A stretch of 64,000 bases of DNA. It comes from Octopus vulgaris (lineage: Eukaryota). The number at the start of each line of letters is the position of its first letter. Positions within the stretch are counted from its first letter, which is position 1. The position numbers and the translations under genes were made by a program. Below, piece by piece: positions 13,030-27,792 of the stretch. The stretch covers positions 43,958,001 through 44,022,000 of the forward strand of contig OX597816.1 of the NCBI GenBank assembly GCA_951406725.2. The letters are read 5' to 3'. The notes beneath the pieces were generated by a model that did not search any database, was not told the DNA's origin, and saw only the letters and a program-made list of their open reading frames with translations.

Positions 13030-14945
13030 TAAATGATAATAATGATGTTCTTTTTATCAGTCACTAAGAACTCACCAAATGGTCGAGTATGGTATATAGG
13101 ATGATACAAAGTGGTGTTACATAAAAACGCCATTAATTCCTATACAACGCCAAGGGGGAAATTCCACCGACTGCATTGCTCGACTGGCAAAGGGCTGTTA
13201 GTGGCTAACGGCAATTAAAATCCCAGGCGCCCTGCCTTGATCTATGCATGATCCAAGACAGCTTCTCTTTCAACTTGAACTAATAGCTAACTCCATTGAA
13301 AGCGTTTTATTGATTTAAATTTATGAGAGCCCCCAAACATACCAGGCTCCTGACACATGTCTAATGTGTATTGCATTAAGTGGAGGTTGGCATGGACAGA
13401 TCCATTTGGGATCGTGTCTGTTCGGACATCCCCAGTTAGATTCGCTAACCTTTTAGCTAATATCGGTTAAGATCTTTAAATGGGTCTTTCAAAGATTTAT
13501 GGGCCGAAAATATCAATATGGTCTCCTTCGTTTCACAGCAGCGCTACCACTGCTTGACTCACAAAACAGGCAATTATCCCGTTCTACTGCCAATAGATCG
13601 CAAAGCAATTTTGGCGGTCATAAGGATGACCATCCAAATCAAGCCATTTTTTTCTTTCATGTACCCAACCACGCAGCTGTTATAGATATGATTCAACACT
13701 TCATCTGCCTTACCATGATTCGCTGCAGCTCGCGAAGGTATGAACTGAAATCCATCATGCGTTCCGGTGGGACACTCGTTCTGAACAGTCGAACAAAGCA
13801 GTACTTTAAATCGGCGCGTATCTCCTTGGGGGGCCGATTTACATGTGCCTGTTTTAGTCTGCCAAAAACTGAATTGTGGATTTGCTGTTTTGGTGAGTCT
13901 CTGCTACTTCGGCTCATCGAACTGCTTTCGTCTTCGTTGCGTCTTTGCTCCCATAAGGCAAATTTCTTGCTTCGTGTTGTAGAATTGGCCGTTGGCAAAT
14001 CTGCTTGCGAGCAACTGGTCGCAAAGCTTTTCTTAAACGTCTCTTCTACGTTTTTTTTTTTTACTAAATCTCCACTATATTAGTTTTCTAATTACAACCT
14101 TACTAAACCTTAACAATTCTCTTCGACTCGACCTTTTCAGAAAGAACAAGACCTTGTTGTTGACTATTGCACTCGGCAACGCACTATTAGCTAATTCCCT
14201 AATCTGGTTTCTGTAAGTTTAGCGCACCAAGCGGTACCTTCACCGTTCAGTAACTAGTTCCTGCGTATGAAGCTTCAACATATCCACGTACACATCATAA
14301 ACTTGTGGTGTATGTAAGCGATGATTTTAAATTGTGGACAACAGATACTAATATTATCTACCACCCTACAGAATGCACTATCCAGATAAGATTTGGATGC
14401 CTAGTATGACTCATGTCATTTTGGCACATTTATTAAATACAATTGCATATTTATCAGTCTGTTAGGAAGGTCTGACAAGGTTCATGATGCTTTAGTACCC
14501 CCTCCTATATCAGCTGCCCACCCACACATACACGGCAAAACTACATCCAAGATTACGTTGCAGTTGTCCGCTAAACCTAGAGAGTGGAAGGTATCGGAGA
14601 AAACCTCTGGATACCTGAAGAAATCTGGTCTCTCCACCCTGTCAAGGCACCCACTTCATGGCTGCTCGGGTCCAGAACCACTAACTTAATTTCTAGTTCC
14701 ATGAAGATAGTTCGTACCGTAATATCCATACCTTTCCGGAGCAACATAATAATTCCAAATAGCAGTCATCTTAGAGATGGGGACATTTCGTATCCACCAA
14801 AATGAATGTGAGTCTCGTGCCTCCTAAATTCTGGCCTCGCTGATGGTCTCCACATCTAGATCTACTGACCTAATGTTTTTGAGCTGGTTGCACTGCTTCT
14901 ATAGCAACTCCATGTAACGTGAATTCATGCTGTCTATTCTACGTG
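13030..14945 (-). mobile_element. Decayed Tx1/L1-group LINE: APE endonuclease, N-half of RT and 3' end
   Basis: Minus translation gives NIRSVDLDVETISEARI, GIIMLLRKG..TIFMELEIKLVVLD and RPDFFR..NCNVILD (APE). It also gives LDLDGHPYD, FRPINL..LKIL..LAKRLA, NLHLMQYTLD and GALINLNQ*NAFNGV (RT; cf. LDQSKAFDRV). It ends with an AAAGAACATCATTATT tail like the 58-59 kb copy. Confidence 0.85.
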
Positions 14946-15984
14946 TGCCTGTTACACTGAACGAGAAAACCCCACTTACTTTATCCTGTCCCTCCGGTTA
15001 GTTCTTAATTTTTCCACAAACAGTTTTTTGTACAGTCTTTTGTTTATATTTCCTCTGGAGTCTCATATTCCTTCCAGATATTATTTTTGTAATATGTCGT
15101 ATGTGTGCTGTGATACTTGAATGACTTTATGTTCGCTAGAATGCTATTACTTAATGTAATGTAGCTATTGGATGTGATGCTGGAGTGTGAAGCATTAGTA
15201 TTTTATTGCTTGTGTTTATAGTCGCAAGTTAATGACTTCTTTCTTTCTGTTTTTGTTTGTTCGTCTTTGGGTGTGTCTGTCATGGTTATAGCGGCAGAAT
15301 GATAGTATTGATAGTGCTCAAAATCATCTCCCCCGTTTGTTCATATCTCCCACTTTTTATTGCTGCAGTGTTTTTTGTTTCTTTGCTTTTCTTTACATTA
15401 GTAATTTGCTTTACTATTTGGACTACTCACCATCACGTTCGCCACCGACATATTGCTGTAGTGTGAGTTGGGGAGGGGCAAATGTTGGGTAAATTTTGGT
15501 TTTCTTTTTTTTTTTTTGTAGTTATATTTCTCGTTTCGAGGTTTTCCATTGCAATTCTTTCTAATATGATGGCAGTTGATGGTGAAATATCTTCGTTTAC
15601 ATTTGTATTTTTTGTTATTGCTTCCATTCTTGGTGCTTCTGTTACTGTAGGCGCTACTTCCAATGTCTCAACTGCAACCGCAGCTATCACTGTTGCTGCA
15701 CTTGTAAGCTGTTGCAGTTACTATAAATGTTTGTATTGCAGTTGCTGCTGTTTGTGGTGGTGGTGGTGTTGATGTTATAGTATTCTCTCAGCTGTTATTT
15801 TTCGTTCTTGTTGTTGCAAGAAAAAACTCTTCAGGAGATTGGTGTTTCCACATTCGTGGTATTGAGAAGCAATACCCTTCACCAAGCCTTGTTCTTGGTT
15901 ACCTGCTTTTAATCTAGTAGGAAGCCAGTCTGCCATGACCATTCATAGGGCGTCTGGGACTAGTCGACAGTAAGGTCTGAAGGT

Positions 15985-16180
15985 GAAATATGTAGTCGTA
16001 TTTCGTCTGCCAATACGTTCTGAGTTCAAATTCCGTCGAGGTCGACTTTACCTTTCATCCTTTCGGGGTCGATAAATTAAGTACCAGTTACGCACTGGGG
16101 TCGATATAATCGACTTAATCCGTATGTCTGTCTTTGTTTGTCTCCTCTGTGTTTAGCCCCTTGTGCGTAGTAAAGAAATT
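15985..16180 (+). mobile_element. SINE family F, 5'-truncated
   Basis: B-box GAGTTCAAATTCC, body GAGGTCGACTTT.CCTTTCATCCTTTCGGGGTCGATAAATTAAGTACCAG, tail GCCCCTTGTGCGTAGTAAAGAAAT. Confidence 0.88.
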
Positions 16181-18756
16181 GGTATCTTGGCATCTTGATG
16201 AAAGCTTAATTAGAATAAGCATCGAAACATTACTTTTGACGGAACCGGAATAAATATTTTATTTTATGAAGAAATGTGTATGACAAATAATGCTATTGTG
16301 TAGATTATAATTAATTTTATAACATTTACACAGATGATAATTATGAGAAAATTTTTGTTTTGTTTTTTTTAATAGGATATCGTATACAAAAACTATTTAT
16401 ATAGATAGTTTTAGAGATGCTCAGACGCTACAGATTTTAATAGCATAAAATACACAGCAATACAACATGGCTCATATGTTTAATTTGCTAAATACAGAAA
16501 TTCAAAAGCGCTGAATGTATTAAAACACTATTGCTGTTTGAAAATGAACACCTTACAATGGATAAATCGCTCGGAATATTGATTGTAATAATCATGCTGG
16601 TCAATTAATTTAATAATATTTGATGGAATGGAAGAAGTAAAGATAAAAAAAAATCAGTCTTGTAAACTTCGTAAATCGTGCAGTAATATCTATAGAATTA
16701 GAGTGAATACAATCTCGCAAAATAATATGCACCTCGTGTCTTATAAAATACTATTAATAGTTTTCTGCCATTTGCTATTGCCTTATTTGATGCGATTGCT
16801 TCCATTATACATGAATTCATTGATTCGAACATGGCTCGACCTAGAACAGTAATGACCTTTAGATTATTAGAGAATTATAATAAACACATTGGAGTATGAA
16901 TAATTTGAAGAGAATATATAGGCTGTAATCATTACAAGAACGAGTTCAGGTGTCAGGAAATGGATTAAATTTGAGAGTGTATAAGCAATTATGATCATGG
17001 TGTCACTGCAATATACCTTTGTGAGTTGTATCTATCAATAATTCTAAACGTTTCCTGCCTACTTGTTGATAGTCTAATGAAATATACATATATACATACA
17101 TATCACATTTATTCTTATAGTATAGAATGATATTGTATTGCTGGCGAAATTAATGTATTTTAAAGAAATAGTTTGCTATATTCATAATTTACGGTTTCTT
17201 AGGAAAACCAAACATATTTGTGTTTTTGTGTGTATTTGTGTATGTGTTTATATAGAGTTAAATGTATATAAATATGAATATATGTAGGTGTGTTTGTGTG
17301 TGAGTGTGTGTGAATGAATATATAGAGGTGTGTGTATAATGATTTTGCTGATAAGCTGTTGTCTGAACTCAATACACATATTTTTCGGAGTAAAGCTTAC
17401 TTTAAAATACAGATAGTAGTAAGAATTAATGAAATGACACGGGAAAAGGTTTTTATCTATTCAACGACATTATCGTACAGTTGTTTCTGCTATGCGGTGA
17501 CATTAGACCGCATCCCCCATTATACTAACACCTACACACAATCCCACGTAATGCTTTCAAACTCTTAACTGGCGATTAATTTAAATTTATTGAGCATATT
17601 TTAATTCATAACAAACAACTTGAATGTAGAAGTGGAATATGCGAAATTACTTTTCCAAAAATAATATCAAAGAGATACATGTGTGATATTTTTATTGATA
17701 TTTATTGGTCTACGTCAAAGTTATGATGAAAACATGGATAAAGATATGTACAATAACAGCTAGTTGACTTGTATAATCAGTGATATTTGAATAAGTTACC
17801 ACCTTAGAAATTCATAGTCATATCGTAATGATTTTGTATTAAACAGATACTGCTAAAATAATCAGGCTATTTATTACACCTACTATTTATGCTTACCAGT
17901 AGAGGTCAAGTGGGAATGAAATTTAGATATGAGTCATTGAAAAATCTGGGCTTTACTTTGCCAAGGCCACAACGAATTAACTTTGTCGGGTGATTAAGTG
18001 TGAAGTCGATACGATGCAGTGCCTGTTGCGGCTCGTTACGTTCTGACTGCAAAGCTTTTGATGATACTAGCGCCAGACTGTATTGGTCTGGGTCAGTGGA
18101 CTTTTCTTTGGATTACTATGTTGACGTTGAAAGGAGAGGCTTGCTTTTATGGCCAAATAATATTGGGTTTCCTTAAAAGATTCTGTCCCGACATGTATAC
18201 CCACGTGGCCACACATTGCCAACAGAGGCCTCTACAAAATATATGTCATCAACTGAGTCCCAAAGTACGGATGATACAGCTTTGTAAATATTTGTAGAAT
18301 GCTGTAAAGCTGTCAGCTATAATATCGAGAAAATTGGTCTACCCAACAGAAACATAATCATGATAAATTAGGGTTTATGAAGTTATTTGAAGAATTTGTA
18401 ATACAAATTTGGCATCAATCGTTATTACGATGTAGCGTCACACTATTTGACATAGTTAATATAATATAATAATATAATATATGATAAATATATAGTTCAT
18501 ACAATATCTAAGACATATTCATTATTAGTACTCGATTTATTTCGAGAACAAGTTGTATTCTATGTAGTTTCTTTTATACATTGTAGAGGTTTTGACTTAT
18601 TTATTGATACTTTGCAGAAGTAATTAAGACAAAGCAATGAAAAAAGCAATATACACTCCCATACATATATATGTGTGGTGGGGAGTGATATATTTGTAGA
18701 TAGGGTGTGTATATGTTCGTATAATTGTAGAGGACTGTCTTCTCGAATATAATTAC

Positions 18757-19190
18757 TTGCAAGTCAGGTATAGGGGCATGCGTTGTTGCAGCGCCTCACT
18801 GCTTCCAACTTGTGTCGGTATTTGCTTGGATCATCCTAGGTATCCCTTGAGGACAGTCCTAGATACTCCCCGTTTCTGCGAGATTCTTCGGCGGAAGGAG
18901 AAGCATCGTGACCAGAGAAGAGAATACCATTATTCAAAATCCTACTCAGAAAATCAAGCAATATGACCAAACACTCTGAGTTGATGCTCTTGAAACATAC
19001 AAGTCACAGGACGCATCCCAATTTCTGATTTTCATCTTTAGTTAGATATGAAAACCCGACCGATGGTAATTCATAATCCTACGAAGCGTCTTGATACCAA
19101 AGGAGTTCAGGATACCCCTAAGTACCTCGGAAAGTATCTCTTAACCTAATTATCAAGTCGAATCAACGTGACCCAAGTGCCATAAGACTA
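18757..19190 (-). mobile_element. RTE-group (Expander-like) LINE 3' fragment
   Basis: Minus translation gives LNSFGIKTLRRIMNYHRS, MRPVTCMFQEHQLRVFGHIA and terminal AVRRCNNACPYT*, typical of RTE RT C-termini. Confidence 0.7.
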
Positions 19191-19236
19191 AACGTTTGAA
19201 TTTGTTGTGCAGTCTATCGAACAGGTTTCTGCACAG

Positions 19237-19294
<58 letters not shown>

Positions 19295-19389
19295 AGGCAA
19301 ACATAAATAGACATGGTTGTGTATTTAAGAGGTTTGAACCACACTGTGAGGTATAAAAATAGGGGAATGTAACATTCTCGAGTTATACC

Positions 19390-19578
19390 GACACGTAAGG
19401 GCCACGAGATGCCGGTCCATCGCTGGATTACACATTTTTGCCAGCTGAGTGGACTGGAGCAACGTGAAAATGAAGTGTTTTGCTAAAGAACACATCACGT
19501 CACATGGTCCAGTAATCGAAACCACAATCATACGATCATGAGTCCAACAACCCTAACCGCTAAGCCACGGACCTCCAC
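19390..19578 (-). mobile_element. SINE, head C plus start of D-like tail
   Basis: GTCCATCGC..CATTTTTGCCAGCTGAGTGGACTGGAGCAACGTG..ATCGAAACC..CCCTAACCGCTAAGCCAC. Confidence 0.75.
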
Positions 19579-19694
19579 TACACTGTGAAATACCTGTAAC
19601 TTGTCAGTAGAATTTGGTAGACGAAAATTCTGGAGAAGCCCGTCATACGTGTGTGTGTGTGAATGTCTAACTTCATGTTTCCCGTCTAAAATAT

Positions 19695-20064
19695 GGGAAG
19701 CACTCCGTCGGTTACGACGATGAGGGTTCCGGTTGATCCGAATCAACGGAACAGCCTGCTCGTGAAATTAACGTGTAAGTGGCTGAGCACTCCACAGACA
19801 CGTGTACCCTTAACGCAGTTCTCGAGGATATTCAGCGTGACACAGAGAGTGACAAGGCCGGCCCTTTGAAATACAGGTACAACAGAAACAGGAAGTAAGA
19901 GTGAGAGAAAGTTGTAGTGAAAGAGTACAGCAGGGATCACCGCCATCCCCTCCCGGAAACTCGTGGAGCTTTAGGTGTTTTCGCTCAATAAACACTCACA
20001 ACGCCCGGTCTGGGAGTCGAAACCGCGAGTCCGCTGCCCTAACCACTGGGCCATTGCGCCTCCA
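19695..20064 (-). mobile_element. SINE, head B plus tail B, full length with 14-bp TSD
   Basis: TSD CCCGTCTAAAATAT at 19681-19694 and 20065-20078. Head TGGAGGCGCAATGGCCCAGTGGTTAGGGCAGCGGACTCGCGG is tRNA-like, reminiscent of octopus tRNA-Arg-derived SINEs. Confidence 0.93.
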
Positions 20065-20466
20065 CCCGTCTAAAATATATCGGTGTTTTCATTATTTCTG
20101 ATAAAAATTCGTACCAGACACAAACATCAATATTGGAGTTGATATGTCTAGAATACAACTCATGCAGACACTGCCTAACCGTTATCACATTGCAAAACAT
20201 GAAACCAGTAGAAGAACACAAAAAAATGTGCAGACTCGCACACACGTATAGATACGCGCATGCAAAGACTTCCTCTCCTCTATGAATATTTCTTATTCAC
20301 ACGCTCTCACTTTTAGAATACGTAACACCCTGAGGTCCATAGTTAAGTCATGCTACATTCATCAACATAACGAAGACGAAAAACATTGCATTCATTTTAG
20401 GAGGTAAATTTCGATAATAATCTAAGATGATGGAATTGACTTCGTTCTCCTCCTTCTAATCTCTGA

Positions 20467-20468
20467 CA

Positions 20469-20542
<74 letters not shown>

Positions 20543-20602
20543 CATTCTCTCCCTGCCTGTCAGTCTTTTTATCTGCCTGTCTGTCTGTCCGTCTTTATCT
20601 GT

Positions 20603-20639
<37 letters not shown>

Positions 20640-21050
20640 GCTCACTTGCTCTTTGTTTCTTTCTGTCTTTTCTACCCCTTAATCTACATTGTTTACTTTC
20701 ATTTTTTTACTTTTCTCATTAATCACACGTTCTCTCTCATTCTCTCTATCCCTCCCGCTCTGTCTCTCTCTCCCTCTATCTATCTATCTAGCTAGCTATC
20801 TATCTATCTCTCCTTTCGTACCATTCACTAGCTTTGTTCTCCATTCTTCTTCTTCTTCTTCTTCTTCTTCTTCTTCTTCTTCTTCTTCTTCTTCTTCTTC
20901 TTCTTCTTCTTCTTCTTCTTCTTTTTCTTCTTCTTTTTCTTCTTCTCGTTCTCCTTTTCTTCTTCTTCTCCTCCTCCTCCTCATCCACTCCTTCTTCTTC
21001 TTCTTCTTCTCCTCCTTCTTCTTCTCTTCCTTCTTCTTCTTCTTTTCCTT
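20467..21050. repeat. (CA)n, (CT)n and long (TTC)n polypyrimidine tract
   Basis: Directly visible. The pure (TTC)n runs ~20845-20920. Confidence 0.97.
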
Positions 21051-21514
21051 CTGCTGCTGTTACTCTGTATTTTTGTACGAACAACTAACGAAATTTATGT
21101 AATTTTAATAAGCATAAAGAAAAACTTCAACAAGTCTATAACATATCAATTTTAAATGAAAATGTAACAGTCTTTACATAAGAACACTTTCGAAAAGAAA
21201 TATCGAAAGATAAAAAAGAAGCAGCTTCCTAAAGCTTCTTGAATTAAAGTGGTATTCTCCTTTCGAGAGCGGGTAACTTTTTCCCTGTTAAAAAATCTAA
21301 TATAGCACAACATTTTAAAGTAATGTATTTTTGTTACCAGTCAAATACCTTCAAAAATATTAGTACTAATGGGGACAGGATTGATATGAATATGATAGTA
21401 ATTGTTGTTCTAATTATAGTTTATGATACTATGGTACATTTCTTCTGAGAAATATTTGACACGCTTTTGTAGGATTGACATGTGACGTTTTGTCATGTGC
21501 GGTATATTTGTTGC

Positions 21515-22225
21515 AAATTTTGACACAAAACTTATTAGTTTCGGAACAGTGGGTAAGTCAATTACATGGACCCCAGTGCTCAACTGGTATTTATTTTATC
21601 GATTACAGAAGGATGAAATCGGCAAAGTCAAAATCGGCGGAATTTGAACCCAGACCGTAAATATGGACGAAAGGAAGCTAAGCATTTTGCCTTGGGTGTT
21701 AATGTTTCTGTTGACTCACCGCCATTTAATAATGGTTTTACATTTTGGCATAAGACGATCAGTTTCGTGGGATGGAGTAAGTAAACCGATTATAACTATC
21801 CCAGTGTTTGACTGATACTTATTTTATCGACCCCGAAAGGACGAAAGGCAAAGTCGACCTCGGTGACATTTGAACTCAGAACGTAAAGACATACAAAATG
21901 CCGCTACGCTTTTCGCTCGGCGTGCTAGTGACTCTGCCAGCTTGCCGCTTTAAATATTCCTTTTTACTATAGGCACAAGGTCTAAAACTTTGGGAAGCGG
22001 ACGCTTACGTCGATCCCAGTGCTCAACTGGTATTTATTTTATCGACCCCAAAAATGTTGAAAGGCAAAGTCGACCACGGCGACGTTTTAACTCAAAACGT
22101 TTAGACGAACGAAATGCCGCTAAGCTTTTGTTTTTTGCGGCATGCTAACGGGTTTGTCACATCGCTACACTGATGTACGATATAATATTAATTTCAAATT
22201 TTGACACAATGCCAGCAATTTTCAG
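21515..22225 (-). mobile_element. Head-to-tail array of three SINE family F copies plus a partial tail
   Basis: CCCAGTG.T.AACTG.TA.TTATTTTATCGA...GGCAAAGTC..TTTGAAC.CAGA recurs at ~21570, ~21800 and ~22015. Confidence 0.85.
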
Positions 22226-22374
22226 TTAATGTATTTTAGAATACCATTGTGGCTTTTCCGTGACGAATGCATTGCTTTTTTCGACCTCGAGCAATAAACG
22301 CAAAATTAATCCCGGCGGATTTTGAGCAAATACCGGAATGTATAATATCTGACTCAATGATGATTCAGTCAACA

Positions 22375-22482
22375 TTTCGGGGTCGATGAAATAAATACCA
22401 GGTGCGCACTTTGGTCGATGTAATCGACTAGACGCCTTTCCCCAAAATACCAGGCCTTCTACCTATACCAGAAATGATCATT
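22375..22482 (+). mobile_element. SINE family F, 3' fragment
   Basis: TTTCGGGGTCGATGAAATAAATACCAG..GGTCGATGTAATCGACT..GGCCTT.. Confidence 0.65.
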
Positions 22483-22966
22483 ATGTGTATACGCAAGTGA
22501 AATGCCAAAGGAATGGGAACGTACACATTTATGCTGTAACTACGAAAATCGTCAAGCTCGGATAGTTGTTTTGTGCCAGAGCGTCAGTTTATATCGTACT
22601 GGTAAAGGTGCGTTTTCTCACAAGCATATGTCTGTGTAAGTGCAAGTGAGTGTATTCTTTGCGGAGCCCTGAAATGTAGCTGGTGCTGAGAGTTATTCCA
22701 GTTGTCTATATATATAATTCACACACACACACACACATACCTGCAAATACAAAAGTGCATATTTTCCTTTTCACATATAAGCACTATGCAATCTCTCAGC
22801 TATGCTTTTGAGGATGTCCAGAAACACTCAAGTATCGGTATATGTAACATCCAAGAATTTGAAGATAACCAATGCAAACAAATATGTGCGCCTGCGCATA
22901 TCCTACTTTCGATCTATGAACCTTGTTGATGTGTTACGCTATTCATTCTGAAACTGTTGAAAACAG

Positions 22967-25010
<2,044 letters not shown>

Positions 25011-25404
25011 GCTTGTGTGCGAGTGAGCCGCCTAGAAATCTTTTTGCTTTTTTGTTTTTTTTTTTTCCTCGGCTGAAATGAATAAATTGGTTTACTGTAT
25101 TCGTTCTTTTGTGATATTATTATTTCGTGGATTTTTTTGGTTTTTTTCTCTTTTGTTTTTGTTTTTGTTTTTGTTTTGTCTTAATTATTGTTTCAGTAAT
25201 TATTGTTTGTTGTCATTGCTTCTGTTTTTTTTTTTTTTTGGTTTTGTTTTATTGTTCTTGTTTCTTTTCAAGTCTCTGGAGAAATGGAAATAGATGGCAA
25301 AAAAATAGCTGATGTGTTTTATATAGACTAGAAATTGGGAATTTTTATCAATAGGAATTCTGATTCGATTTGGCTGTGTTTTATTACAAACAGTGATAAT
25401 CTGG

Positions 25405-26172
25405 CTCGTGATGATGATGATGATGATGATTATCATGATCTTGGTTATGATCACGTGGATGAGTGTCATCCTCGTCATCGTCAATTGTCATCGAGTCATC
25501 ATTATTATCATAATTTTCGTCGTCATCATCATAATCATCAACGTCGTTGTTATCATCGCCGCCGTCGTCGTTATCATTTTCATCGTCATTATTATCATCT
25601 TCATCGTCATCGTTATCATCGTCATCGTCGTCGTCGCCGCCACCGTCGTTATCATTTTCATCGTCATTATTATCATCGTCATCGTCGTCGTCGTTATCAT
25701 TTTCATCGTCATTATTATCATCTTCATCGTCATCTTCGCCGCCGCCGTCGTTATCATTTTCATCGTCATTATTATCATCTTCATCGTCATCGTCGTCGTC
25801 GTTATCATTTTCATCGTCATTATTATCATCTTCATCGTCATCGTTATCATCATAATCGTCATCATCGTCGTCTTCGTCGCCGTCGTTATCATTTTCATCG
25901 TCATTATTATCATCTTCATCGTCATCATTATCATCATAATCGTCATTATCGTCGTTGTCATCACCGCCATTGGCATCGTTATCAACATCATCACCATAAT
26001 TGTCATTGTTATCATCATCGTCATCTTCATCCTCACCGTCATTGCCGTTATCGTCATCGTCGTGGTCATCATCAATTTCTTCATTTCTATCGTCGTCGTT
26101 GATGTTATCATCATCATCGTTATTATCGTCAACATTGTCACCGCTATTGTCGTCATCATCTTCATCATCATG
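25405..26172. repeat. Cryptic (CAT/CGT/TAT) triplet repeat with higher-order ~45-70 bp unit
   Basis: CGTCGTTATCATTTTCATCGTCATTATTATCATC recurs six times between ~25565 and ~25925. Confidence 0.92.
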
Positions 26173-26257
26173 TTTAAGATGATATTACAAGCGATGCTGG
26201 TATTAGTAACGTTTGTGTGATGCTGTCGGAGGTTGTACTTTTAATTGTTACTACCAC

Positions 26258-26585
26258 ATGGCTCAGTGGTTGGAGTGCCGAGCTTACGATCGTGAGGTTG
26301 TGAGCTCGAATCCCTGACCGGGCTGCGAGTTGTGCTCTTGAGCAAGACACTTTATTTCACGTTGCTCCAGTTCACTCAGCTGTAGAAATGAGTTGCGACA
26401 TCACTGGTGGTAAGCTGTATCGGCCCTTGCCTTTCCCTTGGATAAAAACTGGTGGCGTGGATAGGGGAGGCCGGTATGCATGGGCGACTGCTGGTCTTCC
26501 ATAAACAAACTTGTCCAGACTTGTGCCTGAGAGGGTAACTTTCTAGGTGCAATCCCACGGTCGGTGTCGTGACTGAAGGGGCCTC
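26258..26585 (+). mobile_element. SINE, head C plus tail E
   Basis: TGGCTCAGTGGTTGGAG (A box), GCTCGAATCC (B box), TTGAGCAAGACACTTTATTTCACGTTGCTCCAG.TCACTCAGCTG, then a tail not shared with the other head C copies. Confidence 0.8.
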
Positions 26586-26697
26586 AGACTACCAAATAGC
26601 TTTGCTGAAGTTTATAAGGTCATCCGTTGCTGTTGTTTAACTCCGGGTCAGTCCTGATGGAGCCGACGTAATCCTACTGTGTTTTGTTTTTCAGACA

Positions 26698-26934
26698 TTA
26701 CTCTTTTACTCTTTTACTTGTTTCAGTCATTTTCATTGCGGCCATGCTGGAGCATCGCCTTTACTCGAGCAAATCGACCCCACGACTTATTCTTTATAAG
26801 CCTAGTACTTAAGCTATCGGTCTCTTTTGCCGAACTGCTAAGTTACAGGGAAGTAAACACACCAGCATCGGTTATCAAGCGATGTTGGGGGGGGGGGGAC
26901 AAATCCAGACGCATAAACATATACACACGCACAA

Positions 26935-26973
<39 letters not shown>

Positions 26974-27150
26974 CATACATATATATATACGACGGGCTTC
27001 TTTAAGTTTCCCTCTACCAAATCCAGTCACAAGGCTTTGGTCGGCCTAAGGCTATAGTAGAAGACAGTTGCCCAAGGTGCCACGCAGTGGGATTGAACCC
27101 GAAACTATGTGGTTGGTAAGCAAGCTATTTACCACACACCCACTTCTACA
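26698..27150 (-). mobile_element. SINE family A, full length
   Basis: TTACTCTTTTACTCTTTTACTTGTTTCAGTC tail through head GCTATTTACCACAC. Confidence 0.9.
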
Positions 27151-27299
27151 TTGTATATCGACAACTATATTATCTAAATATGCTTTTAAGAAATAGTAGT
27201 GTGTGATATGGAGAAGATTTGGCTACTATTACTAGCAGGTTCTGCGACCACATAGATCGTCGTTGAACCATCAGGATAGTTACCGTTGTGGTTGTTTTG

Positions 27300-27792
27300 T
27301 TCCAAGTCTTAGCATTGATGCGGCCGACGAGGTCGTCGGCAGCAGTGAACCGGTCGGCGGAGCAACAACGGCGTCGGCCAGCGAGCTACCGAAGTGTGCG
27401 CGAGAGCGTGTGGCAAACCGGCGGGACGCGGGGAGACGGTTGCGTGAGAGAGGCGAAGAAGAGCACGTCGTTGTCGTCGTCATATGGGAAGCGAGAGGTG
27501 AAGCGGCGCGGTCCCGGCTGCGTGAGCAAAGGAGTGTAGACGCACGGCAGCAACGACGGCTAGGCTCAGGCGAGGTAGAAACCGAGCGTTCGATGATTAG
27601 AGGGCGAACGAACGGAACGGCGGCAGCGGCTGCCGACGGGCGAGCGAGCGAAGCTGCCGAGGCGCAAGGCGTAGGACGATGGCGACAGCAAACGCGAGGG
27701 CGCTCACGGCAGAGCGGGAGGGGCGGGGCGGCGGCGGCGGCGGAAAGCCGGGGACACGCCGGCCGTGTAGGGTCAATCACGCGGCTATCGCA
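27300..27792. promoter_or_regulatory. CpG island; probable promoter / first exon, strand unresolved
   Basis: The only long GC- and CpG-rich non-repeat stretch in the window. It has a GC box GGGGCGGGGC at 27720-27729 and (GGC)n. A minus-strand donor CG|GTAACT lies at 27284/27283. A plus-strand ATG at 27679 has good context (ACGATGG), with plus donors near 28030 and 28117. Confidence 0.7.

Noticed and set aside
13499-14083. 194-aa plus-strand ORF and 209-aa ORF 12407-13036 as host genes
   Set aside because: The first is antisense to a decayed Tx1-like LINE. The second runs through a MITE and has no domain.
20010-20064. tRNA genes at SINE heads
   Set aside because: A/B boxes are present but there is no complete cloverleaf, and they continue into repeat bodies with TSDs.
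25335-26220. His-rich ORF as a histidine-rich beak or metal-binding protein
   Set aside because: Non-ATG start, no signal peptide, no Gly-His motifs, and several frames open at once, as expected for triplet repeats.
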